This document shows, in pieces, positions 22,671 through 36,443 of a stretch of 64,000 nucleotides of DNA; position 1 is the first letter of the stretch; each line of letters opens with the position of its first letter. Source of the DNA: Octopus sinensis (taxonomy: Eukaryota); the NCBI RefSeq assembly GCF_006345805.1, contig NC_042997.1:195486001-195550000 (forward strand), given 5' to 3'. Below the pieces are notes generated by a model. The model worked only from the letters and a program-made list of their open reading frames with translations, ran no database searches and was not told where the DNA came from. Made by a program: the position numbers and the translations under genes.

Positions 22671-23062
22671 CTAGCAGTATCACCCGGCGTTGCTCGGGTT
22701 TGTTTCGACCCTTTAGAATTGGAATTTTTGAAAAGTAAAAATTTTGCATTATGTAGCTTGTTATTCTCTTTGAGTGAACATTTTTTCTGGTTGAAATGCA
22801 TCAAAAAATGGCGACACAGCAGTCAAAAAATCGTAAAAAATTGGGATTTTCATAGAAAAAAAAGCACCTTTTTGGTGTAAATAATTTTTGGTGTTAACAT
22901 GGTCCGATTTGAATGATTTCTTCTACGGAAGGAAGAGCAAGCCTTCTTCTATCATACTTTCAATTTTGGTCAACTTGCGCCGCAGGGTCTCGGAGGAGAT
23001 AGTGTTAGTTGAAGGCTACCAAACCTACCATACACAGACAACTTCAGCTTTATATATAGAGA
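22671..23062 (-). mobile_element. Non-autonomous Helitron
   Basis: A|TC...CCCGAGCAACGCCGGG hairpin...CTAG|T on the minus strand. Confidence 0.75.
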
Positions 23063-23517
23063 TATATTCAATGAGAATATTATATACTGAATTTATATTG
23101 AGTACTCAATTGTATCAAAGTATTAATACTATTAAAGTATTTATGTATTTAATACGAACGATTATATATATTTTATAATATATTATTATTAATATCAAGA
23201 AATCAATATCAGAAAATTCTTCAGAAAGATATATACGTGTGTAAAATAATTGTTGTATTAAAAATATGAATATATATAAATATATGTAAGTATGTATAAG
23301 TATAAATATATAAAACACTCTAATGTGTTATAGAAAAAGGGGTTTGGTGGGTTTGCCATGTGAGTCAGATAGGGGTCAAACATCACAGAGTACTGGAAGG
23401 TTGTATATACCATCATTAGTGCCGAGACGTGTGTGTGAGTAACTTCATAGAAAGGTTTGTCACAGATGGAACGCTTTTGATCATAGGTCGGTTCGTTTAG
23501 GATAGGCCTGGGACTAA

Positions 23518-23518
23518 A

Positions 23519-23553
<35 letters not shown>

Positions 23554-23675
23554 ACTACTACTACTACTACTACTACGACTACTACTGCTGCTGCTACTAT
23601 TACAACTACTACTACTACTACTACTGCTGCTGCTACTACTACTACTACTGCTGCAACCTCCACCACCACCACTGT

Positions 23676-23710
<35 letters not shown>

Positions 23711-23778
23711 TTACTACTACTACTACTGCTGCTGCTGCTGTAGTTGCTGCTGCTGCTACCACCACCACCACCACCACC

Positions 23779-23823
<45 letters not shown>
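23518..23823. repeat. Compound (TAC/TGC/CAC)n trinucleotide repeat
   Basis: Seen directly. A similar tract lies at about 39866-40090. Confidence 0.95.
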
Positions 23824-23825
<2 letters not shown>

Positions 23826-24912
23826 CTACGTAATAAGCGAAGCGCATTCAGCCTGTCCGCCAGGCATCGCTTCAATCTCAAACAACGCATTTCGGCGCTG
23901 CTGGCTGGTGAGTCTTGTCGAAGAATTTTGGAAGCAAAAGAAAGGAAATTGGAAAACTACGCAGAACTATTCGATGCGATGCGAAAATTCTTCGTTCGTT
24001 ACTATATACCATTATCTTCATGCAGTGTTCCATTTGACAGCTAAATAATTCCAGAACGTTTTCATGCCAGTCGGCGATTTATTTCGAGTATTTCAGAAGA
24101 GTGAGACAAGTTCACAGAACGTTCAAGAATTTATCGGATTCCATGGAAATGAACAGTTCGTTAGAATTGGAAGTTAATCAAATTGTTGCGATAGCTGAGA
24201 CTTGAAAACATTTAACACTAAACTGTACTTGTTGTTAGAATCGCACACACACACACACACACACAGATACACATACACGTACGCAATCACATACACACTC
24301 ATGCGTGCACACACTCACACACACACTTATGCACGTACATCACACACACACACAAACACTCGCAAAATATACACACACACATATACACATATGCATCCTC
24401 CCCATACGTACACACAAATATAGAAAAAGAAGCCCTGCCACGGATATATATATACATATACATACATACATACATATATATATATGTATATATATATATG
24501 TATATATATACATATATATATATACACATACATACATACATTAACACATGTAGGGTGTGTGTCAACGTGTGTGTATGCGCGTGAATATAAATACATACAT
24601 TAAGTATATGTATGTGTATGTGTGTGTGAGTGTCTGTCTGTATATATATATATACATATATATATATACACACACATACATTAACACATGTAAGGTGTGT
24701 GTGAATGTGTGTATGTGTGTGCGTGTGAATATAGATACATACATTATGTATATGTATATGTATGTGTGTGTGTCTGTATATATATATACACACACACACG
24801 CAAGCACATGCATATCCATACATTATGTATGTATATGTAAATGTATGTGTGTTTGCGGTGGACCGTGTATGCGTGAATGTGTGTATATATATATGTGTGT
24901 GTGTGTGTATGT

Positions 24913-24959
<47 letters not shown>

Positions 24960-25714
24960 TATGTGTGTGTGTGTATCTACATATATATATAAGCATATTT
25001 ATAAACGTATGTTTATGTGTGCAAGTATATACTTACATATGTATACGTGTATATATATATTAATTCTATAGGACCTCCCGCGTACCTCACCACTACCACC
25101 ACCACCACCAAGACCACCACCACCACTGTTTGTACCAGTTCAGACAATGAAATTAGATAAATTATATAATAAATAGTAGCTATGAATTTATATTAAGCCC
25201 AGAAGCATTAATAAATCAATAAATGGAGACAATCAGGTGACCCCCACTCCTGAACAAAACATAGGGACAAAACGCTGGACGCAGTATCATGTTATATACA
25301 TATATATATAAACACATACAAATGTACATACATCTGCCTGTCCGTCTGTCTGTCTGTCTCTCTCACTTTATATATATATATGTATATATATATATTAGTC
25401 ACAACGAGGATATTCAAACCTTTTATGGGGATATTTATCCAAGATACACAATATAAACAATTTTGAAGAGAAAATCCTTAAATAAATATATTATACAGAA
25501 TATCGTAAGATGCCAGACATTTTCATTGAGTTAGAAAACAGAGAGGTCTAATGGATACAAATTAATTTACTAATTAATCACATATTGAACAACAATTGTT
25601 TCATTTCTCTAATAAGATTAAAATTACAAAACATTCATAAAAGTATACATTTGTATTTTAAATACCTTATAGGAAATCGTCAGAGGACAGTAAGGATTAC
25701 CTTAGGATACTTTC

Positions 25715-25752
25715 GGAATATACAGATATATATATATATATATATATATATC

Positions 25753-25851
<99 letters not shown>

Positions 25852-25916
25852 GTATATATATAATATATATTATAAATATATATATATAATATGTATATAT
25901 ATAATATATATATATA

Positions 25917-25953
<37 letters not shown>

Positions 25954-26001
25954 ATATATATATATATATATTATATGTTATATATATATATATAATATAT
26001 G

Positions 26002-26052
<51 letters not shown>

Positions 26053-26056
26053 TATG

Positions 26057-26089
<33 letters not shown>

Positions 26090-26168
26090 GTATATAATAT
26101 ATATGTATATATGTATATATATGTATATATGTATATATATGTATATGTATATATGTATATATAATATA

Positions 26169-26211
<43 letters not shown>

Positions 26212-26428
26212 GTATGTATATATATATATGTATGTATATATATATATGTATGTATATATATATATATGTATGTATATATATATATGTATGTATATATATA
26301 TATATGTATGTATATATATATATATGTATGTATATATATATGTATGTATATATATATGTATGTATGTATATATATATGTATGTATATATATATATATGTA
26401 TATATATGTAATATATATAATATATATG

Positions 26429-26477
<49 letters not shown>

Positions 26478-26490
26478 ATATATATACATA
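25715..26490. repeat. Long degenerate (TA)n microsatellite
   Basis: Seen directly in the sequence. Confidence 0.95.
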
Positions 26491-26786
26491 CATGTTTACT
26501 TTGCGTGAAACAATTGTTGGTTAATATGTTGATTAATTAATAAATTCATTTGTATCTATTAGATCTCCTTTTTTCTAAACTTAACCTTATGTACTTTCTA
26601 AAATCCCTGACGAAATCTAGAGGAACACCCAAGTACCTCAATTCCATCTACTAATTACTTCAGTCCACTGGGGGGATAAAGGTAGAATGAGCTGAAACAG
26701 CTGTAAGATATTTTCCCAATTTCTATTGCTATATGTTATATATTTTAATAGTTACTGATATTTTTATATTTTTAATATATTATATA

Positions 26787-27183
26787 CTAGCAGTATCGCC
26801 CGGCGTTGCTCGGGTTTGTAAGGGAAATAACTATATAAGCATTTTTAGAGATGTAAAGTATAATAGCCATCTCAATATGGCTAACCACAAAGGGGGATGT
26901 TACTGTAGCTTTTTACGTTCTGAGATTTAATAATACATTTTTAGAGAGTTACTTCCCTTATATTATAGCAAAAAAATGCATTAAAAATAGGGAAAAATTA
27001 TGGTAATTTTTTTTTAAATCGTAGACTCATCGTAGACGCGCGCTAATACCCAGAAGGGCTCGAAATGAATCACGACTATAAGATACCCGCTTTTGTTTAC
27101 ACTGCACCGCAAAATGTTGGAGTAGTTAGGAATCTAAATCGTAGGAGACAGACAGCACACAACCTCACTTTTATATATAAAGA
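26787..27183 (-). mobile_element. Non-autonomous Helitron
   Basis: Same termini as 22671-23062 (CTAGCAGTATCGCCCGGCGTTGCTCGGG ... TATATAAAGA|T) with a different interior. Confidence 0.75.
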
Positions 27184-27352
27184 TGTAATTCATAATATGT
27201 TATACATGTATGTATATTGTTATAATTGTCCTTTTAGTAAATAAATAAATAAATTGACATAATATAATGCCTAAAAGTTGATGAATACTACCTATTGATC
27301 CCCTCCATTTTCTTATTGCACTCTCTCTCTCTCTCTATATATATATATACAT

Positions 27353-27399
<47 letters not shown>

Positions 27400-27727
27400 T
27401 ATACATATATATGTGTGTGCGTGTGTGTGTGTGTGTAGGCGGCGAACTGGTAGAAACGTTAGGACGCCGTGTCACACTTTTTCAACTTTACTCCTAGAGG
27501 CCGTAGCCCAACATATCATGCCATTTTGGAATCACGTTGACTTCATGAGTAAATTAAAAACATTCCGGGCTGAATCTGGACCCACAATTCCGAAATTTTG
27601 GATTATTCTGATTGTTTTCGACAATTTGTTTTTACGTGATATCGCTGTGATACCACATTGCAGTAAATTAAGAAAATCAATAAATAAGTGGAAAAAATGT
27701 ACGATAAAAAAAAAAGAGAGACTGAGC

Positions 27728-27799
27728 TGCCGTGACCAGGATTCGAACCTGGGTTACCACGGCCACAACGTGGGGTCCTAACCACTAGACGATCACGGC
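27728..27799 (-). tRNA. tRNA-His-GTG: tRNA-His (GTG), intact
   Basis: Exact reverse complement of 1374-1445. T tract downstream on the minus strand. Confidence 0.97.
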
Positions 27800-27914
27800 T
27801 AACAGATCTGCTGCTACATTGGTCTTTAAATTATGTATGTCTAGAACAAGCAAACTAATTAACTTTTGCTAGGTTAGTTAGTTGTCTTGTTTCGATTTAC
27901 AAGCCGGCGTGTTA

Positions 27915-27986
27915 GCCGTGATAGTCTAGTGGTTAGGACCCCATGTTGTGGCCGTGGTAACCCAGGTTCGAATCCTGGTCACGGCA
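27915..27986 (+). tRNA. tRNA-His-GTG: tRNA-His (GTG), variant
   Basis: Two changes: C9A and a T:G wobble in the anticodon stem. T8 tract follows. Confidence 0.85.
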
Positions 27987-29458
27987 CGTCATTTTTTTTC
28001 TTTTTGCAATTTTCAATGTAATATCGCAGCGATATCGGTTTAAGTTCTTTGTTTCTTTTATTGACTCCAGTTTCCTACTTTTTTGAAGATTATTTTCGTT
28101 GGGTTTGGAGAATATTTGGCATTCCTTCGATATAACCCGACAAAATCAAAACATTTCACTTCGATTATTTCCGTGGGTTGTGGAGTATAGATATAACGAA
28201 ATTATGCCAGCAATGTCTCATTTTAAACTCAAAGAAAAATACCTTGCATATTTGTTCTTACCTGTTTCATGTGTGTATGTAAAACCCGCAAATTTCCAAG
28301 CAGAAAGCAGAATCGAACTGTCATTTGCTTCCACGGAAATACCCGAAGTGAAATGTTTTGATTTTGTCGAGTTATATCGAAGCAATACCTTACATATGTA
28401 ACAGGAACACTTAGAAATCGATGCCTGTTCAGTATCCGATGCAGAAAAAAAAAAAAAAAAAGCTAAGTAATATGAACACGATTCGCTCAAATATTGCTGT
28501 CGTCATCAACGCGTTAACCATTCAGAAGTTTTATCGCTACTATGAACGACATAGAAAAAAATATTTACTCAAGTAAATTAGTTCAAAGCTTATATGAAAG
28601 GCTGTAGGATCAGGTACAACAATCATCGCCGTTGTAAATTTCTTGTTCGCTGGTTTGGGTGTCATCGCCATTGACCGTTGTGTTAGTGCTGTGGACACTG
28701 TTTTGGCCTGCTTTCTGGTTTCCTGCTGCGATCTGTCTACTGGCCTGTGGCTAAAATGCTCTCAATATATAGTCAATATTCAAATCAGGGAAAGCGCGGC
28801 AAAAGTTTGATCCTGTTCCAACGGAGGCTTTGATTGGTTAATGTTTTGATGACGTCAGCAATATATGAGCGAATTGCGTTCGTGTTACTTAGCTGCTTAT
28901 CCTTTCTTTTTTGCATCGGTTAATGATCTGGCTTCGATTTCTAAGTGTTTTGTGACAAGGAAATATTCCTCCCCTACACACATGCGCATGCACGCACCAA
29001 AACGTGCACGCGCGCAAAAAGTACACTCACATGACCAGTCATACACAAATATAGATTCTCATGGAACCGATTACACCATACACACACAAACGCACACACA
29101 CACACGCACACGCAAACACACAAACGCTCACTAGAATGCACATACGCAAAGAAGCACGTTCACACACACACACACACATTCCCGCACACAAACATGCACA
29201 TACACATACCTATCTCTTTCCCTTGCTCTTCCCACTTAAGACTACACACGTACATACAGAAATCTTGGTTGGATTGACAGGCAGATTCGAAGTTGACAGA
29301 GTAGAGTAGAGAGAGAGAGAGAGAGGGGGGAGGGTACGTCATTGAAGATATCGCTGATGACTATCAGGAAGGCCATTCACATACGCAAATGCACACACAC
29401 ACACATACACACGGTACTACTAGCGAACAGTGGTCCCGGTGCGCGCACTCGCGCATCC

Positions 29459-29633
29459 ACGCTAGCTAGTCGTAAGCAGTCGATCCTAAATAAATTTTTT
29501 AAACTAAGTAAATAAATTATTTTTATAAACAAACTGAGGTTAGGGTTAGGTTTAGGGTTAGGGTTAAGAAATTAGGTTTAGGGTTATGGTTAAAAAGTCG
29601 TTGTAGGATCGACTACTTACCACTAGCTAGCGT
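29459..29633. mobile_element. MITE-like element with an internal TTAGGG-like tract
   Basis: 30-bp inverted repeats (28/30 match) at 29459-29488 and 29604-29633 enclose (TTAGGG/TTAGGT)n at about 29538-29591. Confidence 0.6.
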
Positions 29634-30209
29634 ATCACTCAGGCTTGCGAGGAAGGGATGGTCTCCCTTTGCAAATACTTCAAGGGCACTGAAATGGTGT
29701 CTAAAGCCAGCTGGAGACGACGATCTCTTGGGGCTATAAAGCTACAGTAACATCCCCTCCCCTATGTGGTTAGCCATGTTAAGACAGCTTCTATACTTTA
29801 CATTATCGAGCGATTACTGTTTCAATCTCATTCTGAGATATAAAAATATTTATTTTCATTGTAAACAAAGAAAAAAATTGCTATTGTTATTACAAACAAC
29901 AAACACCGACGTAGTTCGAGGCTTATTGTTCTTGGACTAGGTATGATAGTCGCTGTCGTGATGTTAGCTGACCACTCTATGTTGCTGTCGCCGCCGTCCG
30001 TTGTTTTGCATTGTCACAACGACGCTCTAGTCTGCTGCTGGTTCTTCTACTGTCTGCTGACTGGCGTGTCTGTGTCCGGTCTCCTGTCTACCATCTGCCG
30101 TCTGTTCATAGTGGCTAACAGCGCTGAATATATAATGGTGGTCTTGCTCAGAAAAAGCGCGCCAAAGATGCAATTACTGTTAGATCCGATTCCACATGAT
30201 GTCTTGAAT

Positions 30210-30415
30210 CTCTTTTACTCTTTTACTTGTTTCAGTCATTTGACTGCGGCCATGCTGGAGTACCGCCTTTAGTCGAACAAATCGACCCCAGGACTTATTC
30301 TTTGTAAGCCTAGTGCTTATTCTATCGGTCTTTTTTGCCGAAGCGCTAAGTTAAGGGGACGTAAGCACACCAGAATCGGTTGTCAAGTGATGTTGGGGGA
30401 CAAACACACACACAC
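30210..30415 (-). mobile_element. SINE family C 3' part
   Basis: CTCTTTTACTTGTTTCAGTCATTTGACTGCGGCCATGCTGG... motif. Confidence 0.8.
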
Positions 30416-31328
30416 AAACATACATATATATAAACATTCTTTTGGCTGACCTTGACATTGAAGACAAATTTAGGCATGGTTATATACGTATACAGAAATA
30501 TACCAGTGCAGAAGATAGTAAACAATGAAAATAATTGGGTAACGGAAATTATATTTCTTAATACGACGGGCAGAAAATAAATAAGAAATTTTTACGGAAG
30601 ATAAAGAATTGCACGGGTTGAAGCGAAATTTAGTGAACCACAGAGTCAGTATCGAAGGAACTAGAAAAAATCCGTTAACTACAGAAAAACACAAAACTGT
30701 TGCAAAAGTAAATAAGAAATTTTTAGGGAAATTAACTATGTACGGATTTAAGTGAAATTTTTAAAGTTACATCTGTCAGTAAATTATGAACTTACTTTTA
30801 TCAGTAATTCCGTCAAAAAAAGACAAAAAAATCAAACAAACAAAAAAACAAATAAAACCCACAAAACTTTGCAAAAGTAAATAAGACATTTATAGGCAAA
30901 TTTTACGAAGTGTATGAATTTATGAAATTACTTTCATCAGTAATTGTGAACTTCTTTCTCTCAGTAATCGGTTGTCAAGTGATGTTGGGGGGACAAACAC
31001 ACACACACAAACATACATACATACATACATACATACATACATACATACATACATACATACACACATACACACACACGTGCATACATACATACATACATAC
31101 ATAAAAGAGAATACCCCATTAATATTACAAATTATTTTATGACTAATGGATTTAAGGGAGGCGATCAATGTCTGAAAGTTACTTCGCAAAGAGTTACCTC
31201 CCTTCTCCACGTAACCAAGGAACGGATGTTTTCCACCTCCAGGGGGCCCGTTACTCATTATGTGAAAAATTTTAAGAGACTACAACCATTCCTGGAACAT
31301 ACGTAGTGTATGATCCCAGTTTGGCTCT

Positions 31329-31541
31329 TTGAAATACAGGTACAACAGAAACAGGAAGTAAGAGTGAGAGAAAGTTGTGGTGAAAGAGTACAGCAGGGAT
31401 CACCACTATCCCTTGCCGGAGCCTCGTGGAGCTTTTAGGTGTTTTCGCTCAATAAACACTCACAATGCCCGGTCTGGGAATCGAAACCGCGATCCTATGA
31501 CCGCAAGTCCGCTGCCCTAACCACTGGGCCATTGCACCTCC
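31329..31541 (-). mobile_element. SINE family A 5' half (tRNA-Arg-like head)
   Basis: Reverse complement of GGAGGTGCAATGGCCCAGTGGTTAGGGCAGCGGACT... Confidence 0.8.
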
Positions 31542-32195
31542 CGTATGTATGTATGTATGTATGTATGTATGTATGTATGTATGTATGTATGTATGTATGT
31601 ATGTATGTATGTATGCATGCATATATATGGATGAATGGATGTATAAATAGATCTCCGTTGGTTACAATGATGAATTTTCATTACTTTTTCCCTCGAACAA
31701 ATGAATAATTTTCTCCTCGAATTAACGTACAAGTGGCTGAGCATTCTGCACACGTGTGTACCATTTATCACATTTCTCACGTCAAAACAGTATGATACTG
31801 TGTGTGTGTGTGTGTGTGTGCGTGAGAGAAAGAGAGAGGAAGAGAGGGAGGGAGAGAGAGTGTGAGAGAGAGACTGCGAGGGAGTGGGAGCGAGAGGGGA
31901 AGGGCAGAGAGAAAGAGAGAGAGGGAGATAAGGGTGCATTTTTGAATTAATATAGAATCCCTCCAACGGGATTTCACAAACTTTCTTCCTATCAGTTTTC
32001 AATAACCAGGATGGGGTCGTCCCATGGATATAAGAAATGAAAAAATGCCCAACATTCTGCGCAGTAGGAGTGAACCCGTGACCGCGTGATTGTAAAATTA
32101 GATATTGAAAGAAATAGATGCTTTCTTTCTTTGTTTCTTTCTTCTTTCTTTCTTTTTTCTCTCTTTCTACACACACATACATATATGTGGTACAT

Positions 32196-32267
<72 letters not shown>

Positions 32268-32404
32268 GTATATTCATATATATGTATATATATGATATAT
32301 ATATATATATATATAATATATATATATGTATATAATATATATATATATAATATATATGATATAATATATATGTATATATATATATATGTATAATATAATA
32401 TATG

Positions 32405-32436
<32 letters not shown>

Positions 32437-32604
32437 ATATATATATATTCTTGTATATTCATTCTTTTATTCTGTAACATGTTTCAGCCCTAAGATTGTG
32501 GCAATGCTGGAGCAGCGCCAGTGAATTAAGAATCCAGGCATGAAGAAATATCTACATCTATCTATCTATCTATCTATCGATCTATCTATCTATCTATCTA
32601 TCTC

Positions 32605-32654
<50 letters not shown>

Positions 32655-32736
32655 CATCCATCCATCCATCCATCCATCTGTCTGTCTGTCTGTCTATCTC
32701 CCAACCTACCTAACTCCTACCTATCTACCTACCTAC

Positions 32737-32840
<104 letters not shown>

Positions 32841-33199
32841 CTATATCTATTCTATTTTTCTTTTTTCTTTTTTATTTTATTTATTTATTTTTCTTTTGTT
32901 CTTTTCTTCCCTTTTACGATCCCTCTTGATCGAAAACCTACGCCACCCTCCACCCTTTTTTTTGTTTCTTTTGTTTTTTGTTTTTTCATCCCCCAAAAGA
33001 AAAGCTCTACCTTGTAACTTGTCCCATCTGTGTGCAGCCCTGTGTGGCCAATAAAGAAACTTATCTATCCATCCATCCATCCATCCATCCATCCATCCAT
33101 CCATCCATCCATCCATCTATCCATCCATCTGTCTGTCTGTCTATCTCCCAACAAACCTAACTCCTACCTACCTACCTACCTACCTACCTACCTACCTAC

Positions 33200-33258
<59 letters not shown>

Positions 33259-33950
33259 AACACACGCACACACACATTTGTGTATGTGTGTGTGTGTATT
33301 CATGCAGACAGGCACTCACACACATATGCACAAAGAAATACAATTTTCTTTCCTGTAATCAACTGTTTTTGTTCTTTTAATACATTCGCACCTGTTGTAC
33401 TGCCGCTGCTGTTATATGGAAAATGAGGAAACAACTTCAGAATGCTTTACGAAGAGCGACTACACACTTCGTATGTAATATTCTATTTCAATAAATAGAA
33501 ATTATGTCGGCGGAAAATTATGATAACTTAGCACAGCAACAGATGCGTAAACCGTTTAGCAAAACAAACTCGACACCAATTATTTCGTCCTGTCGGTTTC
33601 TGACGCAGTGATACCGTAATGGAATTTGTCAGTTAGACATTTCTGCAAGCCTGTCTCGTCGCTAATATCCATCAGGCGGTTATAGTTCTTTTTCAGTTTA
33701 ATGCTTCGTAACTTTTTCCTCGTTGTGATATATTTTGGTAAACTAATAATCCTTCGTTCCACCTTAATTTTGCTTTCGAATGCTGGACGGACGGTGGATC
33801 TCCGTCGCTCAACGACGAGGAATCATGTCTTCGGTCGACTGAATTAGCGGTTCATTGAATTAATGTGGAAGTGGTTGAGAATCTCATTTAGATATGTGTG
33901 TGTATGTGTGTGTGTGTGTATGTGTGTGTGTGTATGTGTGTGGGTTGGTG

Positions 33951-34267
33951 TGAAATAGTGGCTTTGTGGTTAAGGTATTCGGCTCACGATCGTAAAGTCG
34001 TGAGTTCGATACCCAGCAGCGTACTGTGTCCTTGAGCAAGACACTTTATTTCACGTTGCTCCAGTCCACTCATTTGGCGAAAATGAGTTGTACCCTTAAT
34101 TCAAGGGGCCTGTCAGGAAACATTCTGTGCCACGTCGAATCTTCCCGAGAACTACGTTAAGGGTACGCGTGTCCGTGGTGTACTCAGTCACCTGCTAGTT
34201 GATTTCACCATCAGGCAGTTCCGACGATCGAATCAATTGGGATACTTGTCGTAACTGACGTAATGCC
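33951..34267 (+). mobile_element. SINE family D, degenerate
   Basis: GTGGTTAAGGTATTCGGCTCACGATCG...TGTGTCCTTGAGCAAGACACTTTATTTCACG. Confidence 0.75.
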
Positions 34268-35097
34268 TGCGCGCATGCGTGTTGTAGTCAGTTCTATGAA
34301 AGTCCTCTTAACGTAATTCACTGAATGAATCAAGGAAACCTGTGTTTTCAGGTTCAATCTACCGAACGGACATCTATAATTTTTCCTCTACCCAGTTTCC
34401 CACTGTTATGAAACATGATAGCTGGCCAAAATGACGCGGCTTGAGATCGAGCGTAAGGACCTGAGATTGTGAAACGAACCTCTTAATTATTTGGCTTTAC
34501 CATGCTTTTGATATTTAAAATATCTTACCTATTTAATTTCTCCGTTCACTATTCCTGGGAGACTCGTGGGGCTAGAATCCTCTGGCACCCCCTCGATATG
34601 CTCCGTAATGACGGTAGCTTCCTACCAGAAGCAATTCTCATTACACTTCCCAGCTGGATTCCCAAGCCTAACCAAGCCTGAGACTATGGTTTATTATCCA
34701 TTCACCTCATTCTTGGTCTTTTCCAGTTCACCTCCGGTCTTTTATACATAAAAATAGGGGTGGAGGCGCTGAAGGTATTATTTGGCTATGACGAGGGTGG
34801 TGGCCCAAAAAGTTTGAGATCCTCCGCAGTGAAGTTTTTTCATCTTGATGTATTTCAAAAGGTGTAGAAGAGCCGGCTTATGTATTGAAAATGAAGGACG
34901 ATACTTTCAACTTTACATCCTGTGACTTCTTTCTTTGGGTTTGGTTAAAGGAACGAGTCTACTTTTTTTGTTTTTTAAAGTCTTGTAAAGTCTAATATAT
35001 TCTTTTGTAGTCTTATACCAACTTATAAATATTTATTTTGCAATAAAATACTTATTGCGGAGAGACCTTTTGAACACCTTGTGTATATGTATATTAT

Positions 35098-35479
35098 GTG
35101 GAGGCGCGATGGCCCAGTGGTTAGGGCAGCGGACTCGCGGTCATAGGATCGCGATTTCGATTCCCAGACCGGGCGTTGTGAGTGTTTATTGAGCGAAAAC
35201 ACCTAAAAGCTCCACGAGTCTCCGGCAGGGGATGATGGTGACCCTGCTGTACTCTTTCACAACAACTTTCTCTCATCTTCTTCCTGTTTCTGTTGTACCT
35301 GTATTTCAAGGGGCTGGCCTTGTCCTCTCTGTGTCACGCTAAATATCCCCGAGAACTACGTTAAGGGTACACATGTCTGTGGAGTGCTCAGCCACTTACA
35401 CGTTAATTTCACGAGCAGGCTGTTCCGTTGATTCGGATCAACCGGAACCCTCATCGTCGTAACCGACGGAGTGCTTCCC
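35098..35479 (+). mobile_element. Full-length SINE family A (tRNA-Arg-like head) with TSD
   Basis: A and B boxes present. TSD ATGTATATTAT at 35087-35097 and 35480-35490. Confidence 0.9.
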
Positions 35480-36121
35480 ATGTATATTATATATAAACCC
35501 CCACCGATTCATCCACGCAGAAACACACAGCTGCTGTTGGTTACATGTGTATTAGTCCCCAAAATCCCAGCATGATGTTGCGAGTAGTGTTTTTAATATA
35601 ATTTAACGATTGTAAAACCATTTCATGAAAGTAGGATATATGAAATTCGCTTTTTTATTATTAGAAAGTTCGATATTTCTAAAGAAAAATTAGGACGATC
35701 GTGCCCTGCGGTTGACACTAACGTGAAATGGCATAAACCATTAAAAAAAAACAAAAACAAAACATTATCAGTAGACTCAATATCGATATTTTTAAAGCAC
35801 GAAATAGCCAAATGTTTCTTCAGGAGGCAACATAGTTAATTGAAGCATACATAAAAAAAATATTATTGGTACGTATTTTATCGATCTTCTGAGAAATGAA
35901 AAGAAAAGAAAAAATGTAAAACCGTCTCAGGCGAGAATTGATCCTTGAAGATGAAACAAGAGTTAAGACTTCAAAGGTAGTCGTACAGGATTTTCTTCTT
36001 CTTCTTCTTCTTCTTCTTCTTCTTCTTCTTCTTCTTCTTCTTCTTCTTCTCTTCTTCTTCTTCTTCTTCTTCTTCTTCTTCTTCTTCTTCTTCTTCTTCT
36101 TCTTCTGCTTCTTCTTCTTCT

Positions 36122-36221
36122 NNNNNNNNNNNNNNNNNNNNNNNNNNNNNNNNNNNNNNNNNNNNNNNNNNNNNNNNNNNNNNNNNNNNNNNNNNNNNNN
36201 NNNNNNNNNNNNNNNNNNNNN
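36122..36221. other. Assembly gap (100 N) next to a (CTT)n tract
   Basis: Run of N. Confidence 0.99.
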
Positions 36222-36443
36222 ACGATATGGAAAAAATTATTCTGAACGTTTAGGAAGACGAGCTTATGAAGAGACAGTATAAGCACGAATATATATATAT
36301 TCATAAAATCAGGATAAAAATCACGTTAATGATAATTATCAGGTAGTTAGCATGGAAATAAAGCAATTTATATATTAGATTAATAATGATATATATATAT
36401 ATATATATATATATAGGATTATATTAAAGAAGTAAGTCGTAAC

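Noticed and set aside
23497-23847. Poly-Ser/Gly ORF and similar long low-complexity ORFs (YI, VC, HT, LS, poly-L/T runs)
   Set aside because: They are translations of microsatellites with no coding complexity or splice context.
29538-29591. True telomere or chromosome-fusion scar
   Set aside because: Short, degenerate and enclosed by inverted repeats in mid-contig.
35098-35175. SINE heads as real tRNA genes (Arg-like TCG and others)
   Set aside because: They have no proper acceptor stem, continue into SINE bodies and are flanked by TSDs.
35938-36304. ORFs spanning the N run
   Set aside because: Artefacts of the (CTT)n tract and the assembly gap.
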